Both the position numbers and the translations under genes were made by a program. The notes beneath the pieces are model-generated. The model did no database searches. It saw nothing but the letters and a program-made list of their open reading frames with translations, and had not been told where the DNA came from. Shown here in pieces: positions 41,199 through 55,462 of a DNA stretch of 64,000 nt. Location: assembly GCA_040285855.1 (NCBI GenBank), contig JAUFOQ010000016.1:1-64000 (forward strand), written 5' to 3'. Positions within the stretch are counted from its first letter, which is position 1; every line of letters begins with the position of its first letter. Source of the stretch: Eukaryota sp. GEM-RC1. Lineage: Eukaryota.

Positions 41199-41921
41199 TC
41201 AATTTTCTTGACTAGGAGCATGCTGAACGTACTTCATTATCTCTGGTGGAATAATGCTGATATCAGAGATCTCGGCTGATTCGTACACCAACTTTTTCTT
41301 TATCCAAGCGTTATTCGGCAACGAGATTGTTGGATGCACTTCTTCCAAGTCACCAACACTAATACACCTCAGTTCTTCGTCCATATTAATCTTTACATAC
41401 GAGTTGTACTGGTGTTTTGTCAGTTCGGGAGTTATTCTGACAAACAATAAGTCTTGATCCATTAAAATTTTCTGCAAGCAACCAGAAGTGATAGGTTTCC
41501 CTTTTATCATGTGTGTATTGCTGGCTTCTTCTTTTCTGAGTGACAGCTCAATTCCTGTCTCTGGAATCTTGACTTTGTGTTCTACATCTTGTGTGTCAAA
41601 GTATGACTGTAGAAAAAGTGCAAGACATTGAGGAGTAGCGTACTTGATTAGTCTAAGGTATACTTTCTTAATGTCAACATAAAGATAGTTTGACGATCTT
41701 TTGAAAGAGCCATACCTTAAGTGAAGATCATACGTGTCATAACCAGCTAGCTGGTTCCAAGACCATGTGGGATCTGTTGCCACTCTTGGTTGTTTTAAAG
41801 CAGGAGCTGATAGATCACCAGGAAGTTGACGTTCTTGGGGGAGAGATGTAGCAATATTAGAACGGAAATTGTGCCGGTAAATTGTATGTTTGCAATCTTC
41901 TTGTTGTAGAAACGTGATCGG
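41199..41921 (-). CDS. ORF C copy, unit 8 (open)
   Basis: 194-aa tracked ORF plus the upstream extension. Confidence 0.58.
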   Translation of the reverse strand, partial: PITFLQQEDCKHTIYRHNFRSNIATSLPQERQLPGDLSAPALKQPRVATDPTWSWNQLAGYDTYDLHLRYGSFKRSSNYLYVDIKKVYLRLIKYATPQCLALFLQSYFDTQDVEHKVKIPETGIELSLRKEEASNTHMIKGKPITSGCLQKILMDQDLLFVRITPELTKHQYNSYVKINMDEELRCISVGDLEEVHPTISLPNNAWIKKKLVYESAEISDISIIPPEIMKYVQHAPSQEN

Positions 41922-44394
41922 TTATAATTACGTGAAATTAGTTTTGCCAATAATTTATCGAAATAAGTCATTGAACTGTTCTCGTAGTATTTAACTGAGA
42001 TATTAATTTAGGAGTTTTACACTAGACTTGTGAAGTTTTACACTAGACTTGTGAAGTTTTACATCAGACTTGTGAAGTTCTTCACTAGTAACATTGCTCA
42101 CAAGACTTGTGATATTTTTCACAAGACTAGTGAAGTTTCTCACTGTACCCTCAAAAGTGACTTTGTTGTGAGAATTTTCACTATGACTTTTGTAAATCAG
42201 TACATTGATATTTTTCACAAGACTACTGTGCCGATATCTAGATACGGAACTGAAGGAATACTTTATTAAGTCAAATAGACAGACTAAAACTATTGATGAC
42301 GTGTCATAGTGTCATTCTGAAACTTCACTACTTTCGAGGAGTATGATTTCTTACATTTCCTCTCTTCACTGGAAGTAGCTTTATCTGATTCTATTACAGT
42401 ACTGCAGTACTGGAGATAGAGAATCATTTCTATATAACATATGGAACCGAGAGTTGAGTTCGAGCATCAGTCGGACATATTGGACACAACTGAAGAGAAG
42501 AAAGAACAAGATCACTAGAAAACGTTGAGCATACAACAACAGTAACTGACTGAAATGATCGAATCTAAAATCAAAACAAGAGATCAGACAGTGATGTTGA
42601 GCTTGATGACAAACTCAATCCTTCATTCCTTACCAATGGCCGAGATGAAGAATGTTTAGAGACTTAGAGAGACTGCATAAGTATTGGGATTCATGGAGTT
42701 CTAGCACGATGTCAATATTTTGTAGAAGCGGTAGCGAAAGACGACCAGGGAGAGTCAACAATGTCTTGACAAGGATCAAATGTGTTGAGAATGTTGATGA
42801 AACAAAACAATATTGTGGATATCATAAGTACTGTCAAAGAAGAAGTCCTGTTTGATGCCGCATTTATGAGTCAGCATACAACTCTTGATGCCTCTCCATA
42901 AGTCATGAACCATAAATCGTGAACAGGGGATATAGGTGTAATAGGAATTAATAAATTTGGTTCATCTCTTTGCAATACTCAAGAAATATCAGGGAGATCC
43001 AGATCAGGGACACTTTGATACCTTGATGAAAGAACACACTAGAACAAATGGTTGGCCTTCCCCATATACCATCGGATTGGTTCAAAGGGAGCTAAAAATT
43101 GTTGAATAAGAAGAAGAAGGTTTGACATCAACACTGCAAATGTCTTTCGATGGAATCTCGCACCGTTCTAGTTGTTCTTAGAAGGTTGTGACGAGTAGAA
43201 ATCAACATGATTCGTTGACTAACTGAACTTTTATTATGTATCTAGGTGACTGAAAGTAAAACTATACTACACAGTGTTACACCGATACGATACGTATCGA
43301 ACATTACAACATCAACTAAAATAGAAACATACTCATGCGAAGGTAGAGAGGGATTTCGATTGGCACGCAGAATTCATGTTGAATAATTCATTTTTGGCAT
43401 TCAAGTTGAAAGATCAGAAATTGTTCATCGTGTTTTCATTAGCTATTACTGTGTTTTTGCAGTTCGTGGAAGAAGGAATTTGTTCCATTCAGAACTTCAG
43501 AACTTCTTTGAATTAACTTTAAAAATAACTTTTTTCTTTTTTTTGAAAAATTTAAAACTCCTGAATTATTCTAAAAATACAATAATCATTAATACTTTTT
43601 ATATAAATGCTGTCAAAATTTCAAATTGCAAAGTCGTCTCTAAATTTGAAACGTATCGATCCTGAACGAAAGTTTTTCATTAGTCGTAAATCGATACGTT
43701 TCAAGTTTAGGGAAGTTAATACAATAAATGAAATATCCTACATTAAACAGAAAAATATACTGATTTTAGTGATGTTCATGACATCAATCAAATTTGATTG
43801 AATTAATTTTGAAAACTATTTGAAAAGAAATAAGCTTAACTATATAAAAATCAATATATCATCTTAGAAGAACGTTCATAATCACTATTGTTTTAGTAAC
43901 AACTAATTATGTGTATTAAGACTATTGAAAAATGGTAAGAAAAAGAACTTTTATAAATTAGAACATATACAATCACTTACCAGCGTAAGTCTATACACAT
44001 AACAGGCCATTCAGCATATCATTGTTCACAGTAATGAACATTATGACGACAACAGTTAGGGAAGAGTGTTTCGATCAAGAGTCATCGAAGGCTATTGTTG
44101 AATAGAATGTTGCAATATCTTTTGTAAAAGTTTACAATTTGACAAATAAAGTACCTTTGTAATTTTTCTATAAATCGTAACCCTAAGAGTAATCCTAAAA
44201 AGAAATTCAGAATACAAAATCGTAACCCTAAAACTGACCCTAAGAGTCACCCTTAAAAAGAAATTCAGATTTCAAAATCGTAATTCTAAGAGTGACCCTA
44301 AGAGTAACCCTAAAAACATAGAGAAATAAGACATATAAGGTAAAATAATTTATTGAAGAAAAGGAATACTATACAATTAACAAAATACACATTA

Positions 44395-45317
44395 TTATGT
44401 CTTTGGTTTCTTTGACTTTGGAGTTTTACTCCTTGTTGCTGGCCTTTTAACAGGAAGATCAATTGGTTCTTGTGATTCGGTAATGTCAACAATTTCAGTA
44501 TTTGATTCCTTTTTGAGATATTTTGTTAAACTTTGAGAATTTTCATCGGTTTCGTCAAGTTCTTCGGTTTCTTCTGTTTTCACGTCTTGTTCTTTGGGAT
44601 GCTCATTAGTCAATGAGGACACAAAGCTTTCCTTGTCATCGGGACTGATTAGAATCAAATTTGGACCATTTTGGATCCAAAGAGCATTTTGTATAAATGA
44701 TTGAGAATTTAGTTTGAAAGTCCGATCACTTTCAAATGGTTCAGGGAGAGGAGAAGGTGTTGCTGAAGAGAAATTTTTGATATGGACAGGGATCCATATT
44801 GATGTTTGCCAGCTATTAACCCCCATTTGGAGATGGCAGTTCAGATTAGTTCTAAACCTTTTGGGTTCAGAATAGATTCTAAAGTTAATTAATAAAAACA
44901 AAAATACATACTGAATGACGAAGTGTTGGCTTTAACTTTCTGAAGAAGGAGAATATGGCCATTGTCAGCGACAGACATAATGGCTTGTTGAATTGGCTGG
45001 TTCCAAATGACAAACTTCACTCTTTGAAACCTTCCAAGCACCTGAAACCGATAGAGCAGATTTTACTTTCTGCTTGTTTCTGGGTGTCTTTTTCTTGAGT
45101 TAGAATTAAATGAATGAACATACAATAAATGACACATCACGAGTGTCAATACTTACTATCCCTGCCTGGATAGTATGGAAAACAGGGATGGCTCTGACCA
45201 TGAATGTTCTGGCCAGTCTACAGAGGTGAGCGATTTTACGGAATCGAAGGTCATGAGATGAAGATTATGATGGGACATAGACGATACATCGTATTTATAG
45301 TAGGCAACAAGTGACAT
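44395..45317 (-). CDS. Gene A copy, unit 9 (5' frameshifts)
   Basis: Last exon intact (168-aa ORF). Confidence 0.48.
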
Positions 45318-45797
45318 TACAAGTGTACATTGACGTCGTTGATTTTCGAGGAAGGTCAATCATGTCAATCATGTCACTTGTCAAATCGACTATAAATGGA
45401 TCGAAACATCATTGCTTGAACATTATCTTCTCTATATGCCTCGTCCAAAGCCTCCTATGAGTAACTGTATTAGATCAACCAAGCTTGTTTGTTTTGGTGG
45501 TTCTTCACCATTTACAAAGCAACAAATGTACAACAATCTGTGTATTCCAACTCCCAGTCTAAAGAGCCTAATGAACCTGTTCAAGTGCTAATTTGAAAGA
45601 GTGATCAAAGGTTCGCACCATCATTCAAAGTTGTAGGACATGTTGGAGATGCTTTGATTGATGTAATAAATAAAGATAAGTCAGTCACTCATTTGCTCCA
45701 TGAAACTGGAACGAAACTTTCGTACACTTTCTTCACCCTGTGTGATCAGCTGATTTGCGTGTTGGACAATGATATCTGAATAAGCGATATTCCCAAC

Positions 45798-46521
45798 TCA
45801 ATTTTCTTGACTAGGAGCATGCTGAACGTACTTCATTATCTCTGGTGGAATAATGCTGATATCAGAAATCTCGGCTGATTCGTACACCAACTTTTTCTTT
45901 ATCCAAGCGTTATTCGGCAACGAGATTGTTGGATGCACTTCTTCCAAGTCACCAACACTAATACACCTCAGTTCTTCGTCCATATTAATCTTTACATACG
46001 AGTTGTACTGGTGTTTTGTCAGTTCGGGAGTTATTCTGACAAACAATAAGTCTTGATCCATTAAAATTTTCTGCAAGCAACCAGAAGTGATAGGTTTCCC
46101 TTTTATCATGTGTGTGTATTGCTGGCTTCTTCTTTCTGAGTGACAGCTCAATTCCTGTCTCTGGAATCTTGACTTTGTGTTCTACATCTTGTGTGTCAAA
46201 GTATGACTGTAGAAAAAGTGCAAGACATTGAGGAGTAGCGTACTTGATTAGTCTAAGGTATACTTTCTTAATGTCAACATAAAGATAGTTTGACGATCTT
46301 TTGAAAGAGCCATACCTTAAGTGAAGATCATACGTGTCATAACCAGCTAGCTGGTTCCAAGACCATGTGGGATCTGTTGCCACTCTTGGTTGTTTTAAAG
46401 CAGGAGCTGATAGATCACCAGGAAGTTGACGTTCTTGGGGGAGAGATGTAGCAATATTAGAACGGAAATTGTGCCGGTAAATTGTATGTTTGCAATCTTC
46501 TTGTTGTAGAAACGTGATCGG
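45798..46521 (-). CDS. ORF C copy, unit 9 (frameshifted)
   Basis: Extra TG dinucleotide plus a short T-run. Confidence 0.45.
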
Positions 46522-48978
46522 TTATAATTACGTGAAATTAGTTTTGCCAATAATTTATCGAAATAAGTCATTGAACTGTTCTCGTAGTATTTAACTGAGA
46601 TATTAATTTAGGAGTTTTACACTAGACTTGTGAAGTTTTACATCAGACTTGTGAAGTTCTTCACTAGTAACATTGTTCACAAGACTTGTGATATTTTTCA
46701 CAAGACTAGTGAAGTTTCTCACTGTACCCTCAAAAGTGACTTTGTTGTGAGAATTTTCACTATGACTTTTGTAAATCAGTACATTGATATTTTTCACAAG
46801 ACTACTGTGCCGATATCTAGATACGGAACTGAAGGAATACTTTATTAAGTCAAATAGACAGACTAAAACTATTGATGACGTGTCATAGTGTCATTCTGAA
46901 ACTTCACTACTTTCGAGGAGTATGATTTCTTACATTTCCTCTCTTCACTGGAAGTAGCTTTATCTGATTCTATTACAGTACTGCAGTACTGGAGATAGAG
47001 AATCATTTCTATATAACATATGGAACCGAGAGTTGAGTTCGAGCATCAGTCGGACATATTGGACACAACTGAAGAGAAGAAAGAACAAGATCAGTAGAAA
47101 ACGTTGAGCATACAACAACAGTAACTGACTGAAATGATCGAATCTAAAATCAAAACAAGAGATCAGACAGTGATGTTGAGCTTGATGACAAACTCAATCC
47201 TTCATTCCTTACCAATGGCCGAGATGAAGAATGTTTAGAGACTTAGAGAGACTGCATAAGTATTGGGATTCATGGAGTTCTAGCACGATGTCAATATTTT
47301 GTAGAAGCGGTAGCGAAAGACGACCAGGGAGAGTCAACAATGTCTTGACAAGGATCAAATGTGTTGAGAATGTTGATGAAACAAAACAATATTGTGGATA
47401 TCATAAGTACTGTCAAAGAAGAAGTCCTGTTTGATGCCGCATTGATGAGTCAGCATACAACTCTTGATGCCTCTCCATAAGTCATGAACCATAAATCGTG
47501 AACAGGGGATATAGGTGTAATAGGAATTAATAAATTTGGTTCATCTCTTTGCAATACTCAAGAAATATCAGGGAGATCCAGATCAGGGACACTTTGATAC
47601 CTTGATGAAAGAACACACTAGAACAAATGGTTGGCCTTCCCCATATACCATCGGATTGGTTCAAAGGGAGCTAAAAATTGTTGAATAAGAAGAAGAAGGT
47701 TTGACATCAACACTGCAAATGTCTTTCGATGGAATCTCGCACCGTTCTAGTTGTTCTTAGAAGGTTGTGACGAGTAGAAATCAACATGATTCGTTGACTA
47801 ACTGAACTTTTATTATGTATCTACGTGACTGAAAGTAAAACTATACTACACAGTGTTACACCGATACGATACGTATCGAACATTACAACATCAACTAAAA
47901 TAGAAACATACTCATGCGAAGGTAGAGAGGGATTTCGATTGGCACGCAGAATTCATGTTGAATAATTCATTTTTGGCATTCAAGTTGAAAGATCAGAAAT
48001 TGTTCATCGTGTTTTTCATTAGCTATTACTGTGTTTTTGCAGTTCTATTCGGTGGAAGAAGGAATTTCTTCCATTCAGAACTTCAGAACTTCTTTGAATT
48101 AACTTTAAAAATAACTTTTTCTTTTTTTTTGAAAAATTTAAAACTCCTGAATTATTCTAAAAAATACAATAATCATTAATACTTTTTATATAAATGCTGT
48201 CAAAATTTCAAATTGCAAAGTCGTCTCTAAATTTGAAACGTATCGATCCTGAACGAAAGTTTTCATTAGTCGTAAATCGATACGTTTCAAGTTTAGGGAA
48301 GTTAATACAATAAATGAAATATCCTACATTATACAGAAAAATATACTGATTTTAGTGATGTTCATTACATCAATCAAATTTGATTGAATTAATTTTGAAA
48401 ACTATTTGAAAAGAAATAAGCTTAACTATATAAAAATCAATATATCATCTTAGAAGAACGTTCATAATCACTATTGTTTTAGTAACAACTAATCATGTGT
48501 ATTAAGACTATTGAAAAATGGTAAGAAAAAGAACTTTATAAATTAGAACATATACAATCACTTACCAGCGTAAGTCTATACACATAACAGGCCATTCAGC
48601 ATATCATTGTTCACAGTAATGGACATTATGACGACAACAGTTAGGGAAGAGTGTTTCGATCAAGAGTCATCGAAGGCTATTGTTGAATAGAATGTTGCAA
48701 TATCTTTTGTAAAAGTTTACAATTTGACAAATAAAGTACCTTTGTAATTTTTCTATAAATCGTAACCCTAAGAGTAATCCTAAAAAGAAATTCAGAATAC
48801 AAAATCGTAACCCTAAAACTGACCCTAAGAGTAACCCTAAAAAGAAATTCAGATTTCAAAATCGTAATTCTAAGAGTGACCCTAAGAGTAACCCTAAAAA
48901 CATAGAGAAATAAAACATATAAGGAAAAATAATTTATTGAAGAAAAGGAATACTATACAATTAACAAAATACACATTA

Positions 48979-49903
48979 TTATGTCTTTGGTTTCTTTGAC
49001 TTTGGAGTTTTACTCCTTGTTGCTGGCCTTTTAACAGGAAGATCAATTGGTTCTTGTGATTCGGTAATGTCAACAATTTCAGTATTTGATTCCTTTTGAG
49101 ATATTTTGTTAAACTTTGAGAATTTTCATCGGTTTCGTCAGGTTCTTCGGTTTCTTCTGTTTTCACGTCTTGTTCTGTGGGATGCTCATTAGTCAATGAG
49201 GACACAAAGTTTTCCTTGTCATCGGGACTGATTAGAATCAAATTTGGACCATTTTGGATCCAAAGAGCATTTTGTATAAATGATTGAGAATTTAGTTTGA
49301 AAGTCCGATCACTTTCAAATGGTTCAGGGAGAGGAGAAGGTGTTGCTGAAGAAAAATTTTTTGATATGGACAGGGATCCATATTGATGTTTGCCAGCTAT
49401 TAACCCCCATTTGGAGATGGCAGTTCAGATTAGTTCTAAACCTTCTGGGTTCAGAATAGATTCTAAAGTTAATTAATAAAAACAAAAATACATACTGAAT
49501 GACGAAGTGTTGGCTTTAACTTTCTGAAGAAGGAGAATATGGCCATTGTCAGCGACAGACATAATGGCTTGTTGAATTGGCTGGTTCCAAATGACAAACT
49601 TCACTCTTTTGGAACCTTCCAAGCACCTGAAACCGATAGAGCAGATTTTACTTTCTGCTTGTTTCTGGGTGTCTTTTTCTTGAGTTAGAATTAAATGAAT
49701 GAACATACAATAAATGACACATCACGAGTGTCAATACTTACTATCCCTGCCTGGATAGTATGGAAAACAGGGGATGGCTCTGACCATGAATGTTCTGGCC
49801 AGTCTACAGAGGTGAGCGATTTTACGGAATCGAAGGTCATGAGATGAAGATTATGATCGGACATAGACGATACATCGTATTTATAGTAGGCAACAAGTGA
49901 CAT
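48979..49903 (-). CDS. Gene A copy, unit 10 (frameshifted)
   Basis: Near-identical, with ENF/PTEQ/EPD variants. Confidence 0.45.
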
Positions 49904-50384
49904 TACAAGTGTACATTGACGTCGTTGATTTTCGAGGAAGGTCAATCATGTCAATCATGTCACTTGTCAAATCGACTATAAATGGATCGAAACATCATTG
50001 CTTGAACATTATCTTCTCTATATGCCTCGTCCAAAGCCTCCTATGAGTAACTGTATTAGATCAACCAAGCTTGTTTGTTTTGGTGGTTCTTCACCATTTA
50101 CAAAGCAACAAATGTACAACAATCTGTGTATTCCAACTCCCAGTCTAAAGAGCCTAATGAACCTGTTCAAGTGCTAATTTGAAAGAGTGATCAAAAGGTT
50201 CGCACCATCATTCAAAGTTGTAGGACATGTTGGAGATGCTTTGATTGATGTAATAAATAAAGATAAGTCAGTCACTCATTTGCTCCATGAAACTGGAACG
50301 AAACTTTCGTACACTTTCTTCACCCTGTGTGATCAGCTGATTTGCGTGTTGGACAATGATATCTGAATAAGCGATATTCCCAAC

Positions 50385-51107
50385 TCAATTTTCTTGACTA
50401 GGAGCATACTGAACGTACTTCATTATCTCTGGTGGAATAATGCTGATATCAGAAATCTCGGCTGATTCGTACACCAACTTTTTCTTTATCCAAGCGTTAT
50501 TCGGCAACGACATTGTTGGATGCACTTCTTCCAAGTCACCAACACTAATACACCTCAGTTCTTCGTCCATATTAATCTTTACATACGAGTTGTACTGGTG
50601 TTTTGTCAGTTCGGGAGTTATTCTGACAAACAATAAGTCTTGATCCATTAAAATTTTCTGCAAGCAACCAGAAGTGATAGGTTTCCCTTTTATCATGTGT
50701 GTATTGCTGGCTTCTTCTTTTCTGAGTGACAGCTCAATTCCTGTCTCTGGAATCTTGACTTTGTGTTCTACATCTTGTGTGTCAAAGTATGACTGTAGAA
50801 AAAGTGCAAGACATTGAGGAGTAGCGTACTTGATTAGTCTAAGGTATACTTTCTTAATGTCAACATAAAGATAGTTTGACGATCTTTTGAAAGAGCCATA
50901 CCTTAAGTGAAGATCATACGTGTCATAACCAGCTAGCTGGTTCCAAGACCATGTGGGATCTGTTGCCACTCTTGGTTGTTTTAAAGCAGGAGCTGATAGA
51001 TCACCAGGAAGTTGACGTTCTTGGGGGAGAGATGTAGCAATATTAGAACGGAAATTGTGCCGGTAAATTGTATGTTTGCAATCTTCTTGTTGTGGAAACG
51101 TGATCGG
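50385..51107 (-). CDS. ORF C copy, unit 10 (open)
   Basis: 194-aa tracked ORF plus the upstream extension. Confidence 0.58.
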   Translation of the reverse strand, partial: PITFPQQEDCKHTIYRHNFRSNIATSLPQERQLPGDLSAPALKQPRVATDPTWSWNQLAGYDTYDLHLRYGSFKRSSNYLYVDIKKVYLRLIKYATPQCLALFLQSYFDTQDVEHKVKIPETGIELSLRKEEASNTHMIKGKPITSGCLQKILMDQDLLFVRITPELTKHQYNSYVKINMDEELRCISVGDLEEVHPTMSLPNNAWIKKKLVYESAEISDISIIPPEIMKYVQYAPSQEN

Positions 51108-53587
51108 TTATAATTACGTGAAATTAGTTTTGCCAATAATTTATCGAAATAAGTCATTGAACTGTTCTCGTAGTATTTAACTGAGATATTAATTTATGAG
51201 TTTTACACTAGACTTGTGAAGTTTTACACTAGACTTGTGAAGTTTTACATCAGACTTGTGAAGTTCTTCACTAGTAACATTGTTCACAAGACTTGTGATA
51301 TTTTTCACAAGACTAGTGAAGTTTCTCACTGTACCCTCAAAAGTGACTTTGTTGTGAGAATTTTCACTATGACTTTTGTAAATCAGTACATTGATATTTT
51401 TCACAAGACTACTGTGCCGATATCTAGATACGGAACTGAAGGAATACTTTATTAAGTCAAATAGACAGACTAAAACTATTGATGACGTGTCATAGTGTCA
51501 TTCTGAAACTTCACTACTTTCGAGGAGTATGATTTCTTACATTTCCTCTCTTCACTGGAAGTAGCTTTATCTGATTCTATTACAGTACTGCAGTACTGGA
51601 GATAGAGAATCATTTCTATATAACATATGGAACCGAGAGTTGAGTTCGAGCATCAGTCGGACATATTGGACACAACTGAAGAGAAGAAAGAACAAGATCA
51701 GTAGAAAACGTTGAGCATACAACAACAGTAACTGACTGAAATGATCGAATCTAAAATCAAAACAAGAGATCAGACAGTGATGTTGAGCTTGATGACAAAC
51801 TCAATCCTTCATTCCTTACCAATGGCCGAGATGAAGAATGTTTAGAGACTTAGAGAGACTGCATAAGTATTGGGATTCATGGAGTTCTAGCACGATGTCA
51901 ATATTTTGTAGAAGCGGTAGCGAAAGACGACCAGGGAGAGTCAACAATGTCTTGACAAGGATCAAATGTGTTGAGAATGTTGATGAAACAAAACAATATT
52001 GTGGATATCATAAGTACTGTCAAAGAAGAAGTCCTGTTTGATGCCGCATTGATGAGTCAGCATACAACTCTTGATGCCTCTCCATAAGTCATGAACCATA
52101 AATCGTGAACAGGGGATATAGGTGTAATAGGAATTAATAAATTTGGTTCATCTCTTTGCAATACTCAAGAAATATCAGGGAGATCCAGATCAGGGACACT
52201 TTGATACCTTGATGAAAGAACACACTAGAACAAATGGTTGGCCTTCCCCATATACCATCGGATTGGTTCAAAGGGAGCTAAAAATTGTTGAATAAGAAGA
52301 AGAAGGTTTGACATCAACACTGCAAATGTCTTTCGATGGAATCTCGCACCGTTCTAGTTGTTCTTAGAAGGTTGTGACGAGTAGAAATCAACATGATTCG
52401 TTGACTAACTGAACTTTTATTATGTATCCACGTGACTGAAAGTAAAACTATACTACACAGTGTTACACCGATACGATACGTATCGAACATTACAACATCA
52501 ACTAAAATAGAAACATACTCATGCGAAGGTAGAGAGGGATTTCGATTGGCACGCAGAATTCATGTTGAATAATTCATTTTTGGCATTCAAGTTGAAAGAT
52601 CAGAAATTGTTCATCGTGTTTTTCATTAGCTATTACTGTGTTTTTGCAGTTCTATTCGGTGGAAGAAGGAATTTCTTCCATTCAGAACTTCAGAACTTCT
52701 TTGAATTAACTTTAAAAATAACTTTTTCTTTTTTTTGAAAAATTTAAAACTCCTGAATTATTCTAAAAAATACAATAATCATTAATACTTTTTATATAAA
52801 TGCTGTCAAAATTTCAAATTGCAAAGTCGTCTCTAGAATTTGAAACGTATCGATCCTGAACGAAAGTTTTTCATTAGTCGTAAATCGATACGTTTCAAGT
52901 TTAGGGAAGTATTACAATAAATGAAATATCCTACATTATACAGAAAAATATACTGATTTTAGTGATGTTCATGACATCAATCAAATTTGATTGAATTAAT
53001 TTTGAAAACTATTTGAAAAGAAATAAGCTTAACTATATAAAAATCAATATATCATCTTAGAAGAACGTTCATAATCACTATTGTTTTAGTAACAACTAAT
53101 CATGTGTATTAAGACTATTGAAAAATGGTAAGAAAAAGAACTTTATAAATTAGAACATATACAATCACTTACCAGCGTAAGTCTATACACATAACAGGCC
53201 ATTCAGCATATCATTGTTCACAGTAATGAACATTATGACGACAACAGTTAGGAAGAGTGTTTCGATCAAGAGTCATCGAAGGCTATTGTTGAATAGAATG
53301 TTGCAATATCTTTTGTAAAAGTTTACAATTTGACAAATAAAGTACCTTTGTAATTTTTCTATAAATCGTAACCCTAAGAGTAATCCTAAAAATGAAATTC
53401 AGAATACAAAATCGTAACCCTAAAACTGACCCTAAGAGTAACCCTAAAAAAGAAATTCAGATTTCAAAATCGTAATTCTAAGAGTGACCCTAAGAGTAAC
53501 CCTAAAAAACATAGAGAAATAAAACATATAAGGAAAAATAATTTATTGAAGAAAAGGAATACTATACAATTAACAAAATACACATTA

Positions 53588-54510
53588 TTATGTCTTTGGT
53601 TTCTTTGACTTTGGAGTTTTACTCCTTGTTGCTGGCCTTTTAACAGGAAGATCAATTGGTTCTTGTGATTCGGTAATGTCAACAATTTCAGTATTTGATT
53701 CCTTTTTGAGATATTTTGTTAAACTTTGAGAATTTTCATCGGTTTCGTCAGGTTCTTCGGTTTCTTCTGTTTTCACGTCTTGTTCTGTGGGATGCTCATT
53801 AGTCAATGAGGACACAAAGTTTTCCTTGTCATCGGGACTGATTAGAATCAAATTTGGACCATTTTGGATCCAAAGAGCATTTTGTATAAATGATTGAGAA
53901 TTTAGTTTGAAAGTCCGATCACTTTCAAATGGTTCAGGGAGAGAAGAAGGTGTTGCTGAAGAGAAATTTTTGATATGGACAGGGATCCATATTGATGTTT
54001 GCCAGCTATTAACCCCCATTTGGAGATGGCAGTTCAGATTAGTTCTAAACCTTCTGGGTTCAGAATAGATTCTAAAGTTAATTAATAAAAACAAAAATAC
54101 ATACTGAATGACGCAGTGTTGGCTTTAACTTTCTGAAGGAGAATATGGCCATTGTCAGCGACAGACATAATGGCTTGTTGAATTGGCTGGCTCCAAATGA
54201 CAAACTTCACTCTTTTGGAACCTTCCAAGCACCTGAAACCGATAGAGCAGATTTTACTTTCTGCTTGTTTCTGGGTGTCTTTTTTCTTGAGTTAGAATTA
54301 AATGAATGAACATACAATAAATGACACATCACGAGTGTCAATACTTACTATCCCTGCCTGGATAGTATGGAAAACAGGGGATGGCTCTGACCATGAATGT
54401 TCTGGCCAGTCTACAGAGGTGAGCGATTTTACGGAATCGAAGGTCATGAGATGAAGATTATGATCGGACATAGACGATACATCGTATTTATAGTAAGCAA
54501 CAAGTGACAT
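53588..54510 (-). CDS. Gene A copy, unit 11 (open under the same splice model as unit 1)
   Basis: Homopolymer lengths match unit 1; one in-frame 3-bp deletion near 54135. Confidence 0.58.
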
Positions 54511-55462
54511 TACAAGTGTACATTGACGTCGTTGATTTTCGAGGAAGGTCAATCATGTCAATCATGTCACTTGTCAAATCGACTATAAATGGATCGAAAC
54601 ATCATTGCTTGAACATTATCTTCTCTATATGCCTCGTCCAAAGCCTCATATGAGTAACTGTATTAGATCAACCAAGCTTGTTTGTTTTGGTGGTTCTTCA
54701 CCATTTACAAAGCAACAAATGTACAACAATCTGTGTATTCCAACTCCCAGTCTAAAGAGCCTAATGAACCTGTTCAAGTGCTAATTTGAAAGAGTGATCA
54801 AAAGGCTCGTCAATTTCATTTACTAATTACAGTGTATTTGCTATTGTGTTTGGAACAAACAGAAAAACGTTGCTGACCAAAAGAAAATCTTTGCTATCAC
54901 TTGCTATTGGGAGCCTGTATGTGTTCCTCCTTCTCACTATTATTCATGTATATCCAAATTTGATTGTCAATCATTTATGATTAACTTTGATTGTGAACAA
55001 CAACATGGTTATAAGATTTCATCAATCGAACACAGTGTTGTTGAAATGATCAACAATGGTATGTATTATTTATTTAACTCATTTTTGGTGCTTCTGATTA
55101 TGACTATCATTCAAAATAGGAGGTGATTTCGATTTCTCCTCCAAACGAAGGTTATACTCGAAAATAGCATTGGCAAACTCGGTACTATTATCACTATGGA
55201 TACAAAACGGTATTCCAAAGATAGCAAACACATCCCACACAAGACGATATGCTACTTCTCTACTGTTAAGTTTCTGCGCGCACCATCATTCAAAGTTGTA
55301 GGACATGTTGGAGATGCTTTGATTGATGTAATAAATAAAGATAAGTCAGTCACTCATTTGCTCCATGAAACTGGAACGAAACTTTCGTACACTTTCTTCA
55401 CCCTGTGTGATCAGCTGATTTGCGTGTTGGACAATGATATCTGAATAAGCGATATTCCCAAC

